A stretch of DNA of 64,000 bases. Source: an uncultured delta proteobacterium (GTDB lineage Bacteria; Myxococcota_A; UBA9160; UBA4427). The position numbers and the translations under genes were made by a program. The notes under the pieces are model-generated. The model did no database searches and was not told the origin of the DNA. It saw only the letters and a list, made by a program, of their open reading frames with translations. Positions 60,449-64,000 of the stretch are shown piece after piece (position 1 is the first letter of the stretch; the number at the start of each line of letters is the position of its first letter). The stretch is from contig CAWGJT010000006.1 of assembly GCA_963822965.1 (NCBI GenBank), positions 288,001 through 352,000 of the forward strand. The letters are read 5' to 3'.

Positions 60449-61981
60449 GTGTCGTCCGCCAAGGCCCGCCGCAGCCCCGTCCTCCCCCTCGGCGACCTCC
60501 GCTTCGAGGTCGAGCACCGTTCCCTCGCGGGTGCTGACGGCGGACCGACCCTGCGCGTACGCGACGCCGACGGCCGCGAGCGGCTGCGCTTCGACTGCTT
60601 CCGCTTCCAGCCTCACTATCACCTCTGCGACGCGGCCGGATTCACCGCCTTCGGCCCCGTGGCCGACCCGGTCACCTGGGCGGTCGACGAGCTGCGACGG
60701 GACCTGCCGGGCTGGCTGGCGCGGGCGGACCTGCCCGGGGCCGGGCCCTTCGATCCGCAGGCGCTGGCGCAGACCCTGGAGGCGGTGGAGCTGGCGCTGC
60801 GCAACCCGCCGGCGCGCTTCGACGACCTCGACCCTGCGCTGTTGCACACGCGGCTCAGCGAGAAGTGGCACACCTATCCGGCGGACATCCAGCCGGCCTG
60901 GGTCGCCGAGATGGACTTCCCGCTGGCCGAGCCCGTTCGCGCGGTGCTCGAGCGCGCCGTCGACCGCTTCGACGTGGGCTATCCGGTGGCGCCGCACGAG
61001 ACCGGGCTGCGCGAGGCCTTCTGCGAGCGCATGCAACGGCTCTACGGCTGGCAGCCGAAGCCTGCCCGGGTCGAGATCCTGACGGACGTCGTGCAGGGCC
61101 TCTACCTGGGCCTGCTGGCGTGGAGCGAACCGGGCGACGGCGCCGTGATCCAGACGCCCATCTATCCGCCGTTCTTCGACGCGGTGCGCGACACCGGGAG
61201 GCGCCTGGTCGAGCAGCGCCTGTCCGCTCCCGACGACGACGCCCCCGGCTACGCGCTCGACGTCGACGCACTCGGCGCGCTGGCGGACGAGCGCACGCGC
61301 GTCCTGCTGCTGTGCAATCCGCACAATCCCACGGGCCGGGTCTTCACGCGCGACGAGCTGCTGGCCGTCGCCGAGCTCGCGCGGGAGCGCGACTGGATCG
61401 TCGTGGTGGACGAGATCCACCAGGACCTCGTCTTCGGCCCCCACCGGCACGTGCCCTTCGCGACGCTCTCCGAGGACGCGGCCGCCCGCACCGTGACGCT
61501 CACCTCCGCCACCAAGGCGTTCAACATCCCGGGGCTGCGCACGGCGGTCGCCCACTTCGGGTCCGCGGCGCTGCAGCGGCGCTTCAACGAGGCCGTTCCC
61601 CGGCACGTGCGCGGCGGGATCGGCCTGCTGGGGCTGTATGCGACGATCGCCGCCTGGCGCTGGGCCGACCCGTGGCTCGAAGAGCTGCGCGCCCATCTCG
61701 CCTCGAATCGCGACTTCCTGATGGAGTACCTCGCACAGGAGATTCCAGAGATCCGCTGCCAGGTACCCGAGGCCACGTATCTCGCCTGGCTGGACTGCCG
61801 CGCCCTCGGCCTCGAGCCGAGCCCGGCCCGCTTCTTCTACGAGCACGCGCGGGTCGCGCTCTCCGAGGGACGCAAGTTCGGCCCGGGCTGGGAGGGCTTC
61901 GCGCGCCTCAACTTCGCGACCAGCCGCGCGCTGCTCGCGGAGATCCTCGAGAAGCTCGCCAAGGCGGTCCGCAGTCGATAA
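60449..61981 (+). CDS. MalY/PatB PLP enzyme (cystathionine beta-lyase-like) with an extra ~120-aa N-terminal domain
   Basis: SEKW..WVAEMDF, LCNPHNPTG, DEIH, SATKAFNIPG, EATYLAWLD, RLNFA. Confidence 0.9.
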   Translation: MSSAKARRSPVLPLGDLRFEVEHRSLAGADGGPTLRVRDADGRERLRFDCFRFQPHYHLCDAAGFTAFGPVADPVTWAVDELRRDLPGWLARADLPGAGPFDPQALAQTLEAVELALRNPPARFDDLDPALLHTRLSEKWHTYPADIQPAWVAEMDFPLAEPVRAVLERAVDRFDVGYPVAPHETGLREAFCERMQRLYGWQPKPARVEILTDVVQGLYLGLLAWSEPGDGAVIQTPIYPPFFDAVRDTGRRLVEQRLSAPDDDAPGYALDVDALGALADERTRVLLLCNPHNPTGRVFTRDELLAVAELARERDWIVVVDEIHQDLVFGPHRHVPFATLSEDAAARTVTLTSATKAFNIPGLRTAVAHFGSAALQRRFNEAVPRHVRGGIGLLGLYATIAAWRWADPWLEELRAHLASNRDFLMEYLAQEIPEIRCQVPEATYLAWLDCRALGLEPSPARFFYEHARVALSEGRKFGPGWEGFARLNFATSRALLAEILEKLAKAVRSR

Positions 61982-62009
61982 GGTCCCGTCTGCTCGGAAG
62001 GAGAATGCC

Positions 62010-62396
62010 GTGAGCAGTGGAAGTGAAGGACGCGAGGGACCCAGGGCCCTCGCGGAGATCGAGGTCGATCGCAAGAACCTCTACCGCGAGGAGGTCTACA
62101 CGGACCTGAAGATCGCCTCGATCCGCGTGCTGACGCCGGTCAACGTGGACGGGACGCTCGACGCGAGTCGAGCGGTGCTGTATTCGGGCGAGACCCAGCT
62201 GATGTCGCAGATGGGTCCGGTGCCCGTCCACGCCCCGATCGACGCCCGCAGTCTCGACGAGGCGATCTCGAAGTTCCCGGAGGCCGTGAACCAGGCGGTC
62301 GAGCGCCTGATGGAGGAGGCCCGGGAGATGCAGCGCCGCGAGGCGTCGCGCATCGTGGTCCCCGGGCAGCCGGTGCCGGGCAAGATCACGCTCTGA
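62010..62396 (+). CDS. Conserved hypothetical cytoplasmic protein
   Basis: NLYREEVYTDLKIASIR.LTPV..DG pattern; AAGGAG SD. Confidence 0.8.
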   Translation: MSSGSEGREGPRALAEIEVDRKNLYREEVYTDLKIASIRVLTPVNVDGTLDASRAVLYSGETQLMSQMGPVPVHAPIDARSLDEAISKFPEAVNQAVERLMEEAREMQRREASRIVVPGQPVPGKITL

Positions 62397-62429
62397 TCGC
62401 CGGGCGGGGCGCGGTCCCGGACAGGCTTC

Positions 62430-62490
62430 GGCCGCCCCGGTAGCCCTCAGCGGGCCGCCCCGGTAGCCCTCAGCGGCCGCTCAGGTAGCC
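62430..62490. repeat. 23-bp tandem duplication overlapping the TetR stop
   Basis: ggccgccccggtagccctcagcg twice (62430, 62453) plus a degenerate third copy. Confidence 0.8.
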
Positions 62491-63096
62491 CATGAGCAGC
62501 GCCACCACCTCGTCGACGAAGCGCTCGCGCGGCAGGTCGTGGATGCCCTCGTGGGCGAAGCGGTGGGTGAGCGCCTCGGTCGTCTGCACCACCAGGTGAG
62601 CGGAGGTGTCGGGATCCGCCAGCCGGACGCCCGGCGTCTCCCGCAGGAGCGCCTCCACCCGGTGGGCCAGGGTCTCCTCCATCTGCAGCACGCAGGCGTG
62701 CAGCGCCGGCGGATGGGGCGCCTCGGCGAACACCGCGTGGTGGAGCCGCGGGTCGCGCTCGTGCACCTCCAGCATCGCGGCGACGAAGCGGCGGATCCAG
62801 CGTTCGAGGGACGGCCCCTCGGACTGCGCCTCGGCGAGCAGCTGGTCGATGTCCGCCATCATGCGCTCCACGTGCCGCTCGGCCACCGCCACCAGGATCG
62901 CCGCCTTGTTGGGGAAGTACTCGTAGAGCGAGCCGATGGCGACGCCCGCGGTCTCCGCGATGCGGTTCGTGCTGCCGCCCGCGTAGCCCTGCTCGGAGAA
63001 AACCCGAGCCGCAGCCGTCACGATGGCGTCCACCGTGGCCCGGGAACGGCGCTGGCGCGGCTGTTTCCGGGGACTTAGCTCCTCGCCCTGCGCCAT
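62470..63096 (-). CDS. TetR/AcrR family regulator
   Basis: PRKQPRQRRS; STNRIAETAGVAIGSLYEYFPNK HTH. Confidence 0.95.
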   Translation of the reverse strand: MAQGEELSPRKQPRQRRSRATVDAIVTAAARVFSEQGYAGGSTNRIAETAGVAIGSLYEYFPNKAAILVAVAERHVERMMADIDQLLAEAQSEGPSLERWIRRFVAAMLEVHERDPRLHHAVFAEAPHPPALHACVLQMEETLAHRVEALLRETPGVRLADPDTSAHLVVQTTEALTHRFAHEGIHDLPRERFVDEVVALLMGYLSGR

Positions 63097-63125
63097 CGCG
63101 CCCTCCCGACCAATCCGAGTTGCAA

Positions 63126-63145
63126 ATCCGAGCGATCGCTCGGAT
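63126..63145. promoter_or_regulatory. Perfect 20-bp palindrome, probable TetR operator
   Basis: atccgagcgatcgctcggat between divergent tetR and CDF, just after TTGCAA (63120-63125). Confidence 0.75.
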
Positions 63146-63188
63146 ATTCGCGGGGTCCGCGATCCACCACAAGCCCCCGGGAGGTCCG

Positions 63189-64000
63189 ATGCACGACCAC
63201 GCCCACAGCCACGGCCACGCCCACGTGATGGGCGCCGGGATCGGCAACGAAGCCCGGCGGGGGCAGGCGAAGCGGCTCGTGGTCGTGATCGTCCTGAACT
63301 TCGCCTACATGCTCGCCGAGGTCGTCGGCGGCCTGCTCACGGGATCCCTCGCGCTGCTGGCCGACGCGGGCCACACCCTGTCCGACCTGGCCTCCCTGGG
63401 CCTGGGACTCTTCGCGATCTGGTTCGCGCAGCGCCCCGCCAGCGCGAGCCGCACCTACGGGCACACGCGGGTGGAGATCCTGGCGGCGCTGGCCGAGGGC
63501 ATCGCCCTCGTCGGTGTCGGCCTCGTCATCTTCTACGAGGCCGTCGAGCGGCTCGGCGTCGACCGGGAGGTGAACGGGCTGGGCGTCATGTGGATCGCCG
63601 CAGGAGCCCTCGTCGCGAACGGGCTCGGTGCCCTCATCCTGAACGCCGGCCGCCGGGAGAGCCTCAACATCCAGGGGGTGTGGCTGCACCTGGCCACCGA
63701 CGCACTGGGGAGCCTGGGCGTGGTGGCCGCGGGCGCCGCGGTGTGGCTCTTCGGCTGGGTCTGGGCGGATACCGCCGTTTCGATGGTCATCGGCGTGATG
63801 GTGCTGCTCGCGGCCTGGCAGCTGCTGCGGAGCGCGGTGGACATCCTGATGGAGGCCGCGCCCGGACACCTGGACGTGGAGGAGATCCGCAGCGCCCTCG
63901 GCGACCTCGGAGACGTGACGAGCGTGCACGACCTGCACGTCTGGACGATCGGCAACGGCGAGGTCTCGCTCTCGAGCCACCTGGTCGCGCCCCCGGACCG
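63189..64000 (+). CDS. Cation diffusion facilitator (CzcD/ZitB-like), runs off window end
   Basis: Manual translation MHDHAHSHGHAH..EVVGGLLTGSLALLADAGHTLSD..LHLATDALGS..VHDLHVWTI. Confidence 0.94.
   Translation, partial: MHDHAHSHGHAHVMGAGIGNEARRGQAKRLVVVIVLNFAYMLAEVVGGLLTGSLALLADAGHTLSDLASLGLGLFAIWFAQRPASASRTYGHTRVEILAALAEGIALVGVGLVIFYEAVERLGVDREVNGLGVMWIAAGALVANGLGALILNAGRRESLNIQGVWLHLATDALGSLGVVAAGAAVWLFGWVWADTAVSMVIGVMVLLAAWQLLRSAVDILMEAAPGHLDVEEIRSALGDLGDVTSVHDLHVWTIGNGEVSLSSHLVAPPD

Noticed and set aside
55826..62074. 2082-aa giant ORF on the minus strand
   Set aside because: Only the last 289 aa (PfkB) are protein-like. The rest is an off-frame or antisense shadow of lipA, lpdA, the CoA transferase and malY, expected from stop-codon scarcity at high GC.

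Overview
High-GC bacterial chromosome segment, most likely from a deltaproteobacterial/Myxococcota-type organism (inferred from gene order, RpoB/RpoC motifs, a DUF4388 protein and an M. xanthus-type ferrochelatase). Bases 1-31.6 kb are the core translation/transcription supercluster on the minus strand: tRNAs, tuf, secE-nusG, rplKAJL, rpoBC, and the str, S10, spc and alpha genes. Bases 31.6-64 kb are housekeeping genes: rlmB, DUF4388 and PilZ proteins, a GT2, fluC, the complex I Q-module nuoB/I/C/D interrupted by E2-lipB, pcs-hemH, hemEY, an acyl-CoA dehydrogenase pair, ispH, clpSA, lpdA-lipA, a CoA transferase, a MalY/PatB fusion, and TetR-CDF. No mobile element or CRISPR array was seen. Main observations: (1) rplC (L3), rplX (L24), rpsN (S14), rpmG (L33) and infA are absent from their canonical positions, with intact neighbours; L3 and L24 are the two 50S assembly initiators. 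(2) A two-hairpin ~53-nt element with a GGA loop recurs exactly at the S10/spc and spc/alpha boundaries. (3) A ~180-nt multi-stem candidate ncRNA lies between clpS and a GNAT gene. (4) A 10 x 41-bp palindromic tandem array abuts tRNA-Cys. (5) Many genes show a TANNNT-N6-8-start leaderless signature. (6) rpoB and rplA each carry a frameshift, probably consensus errors.
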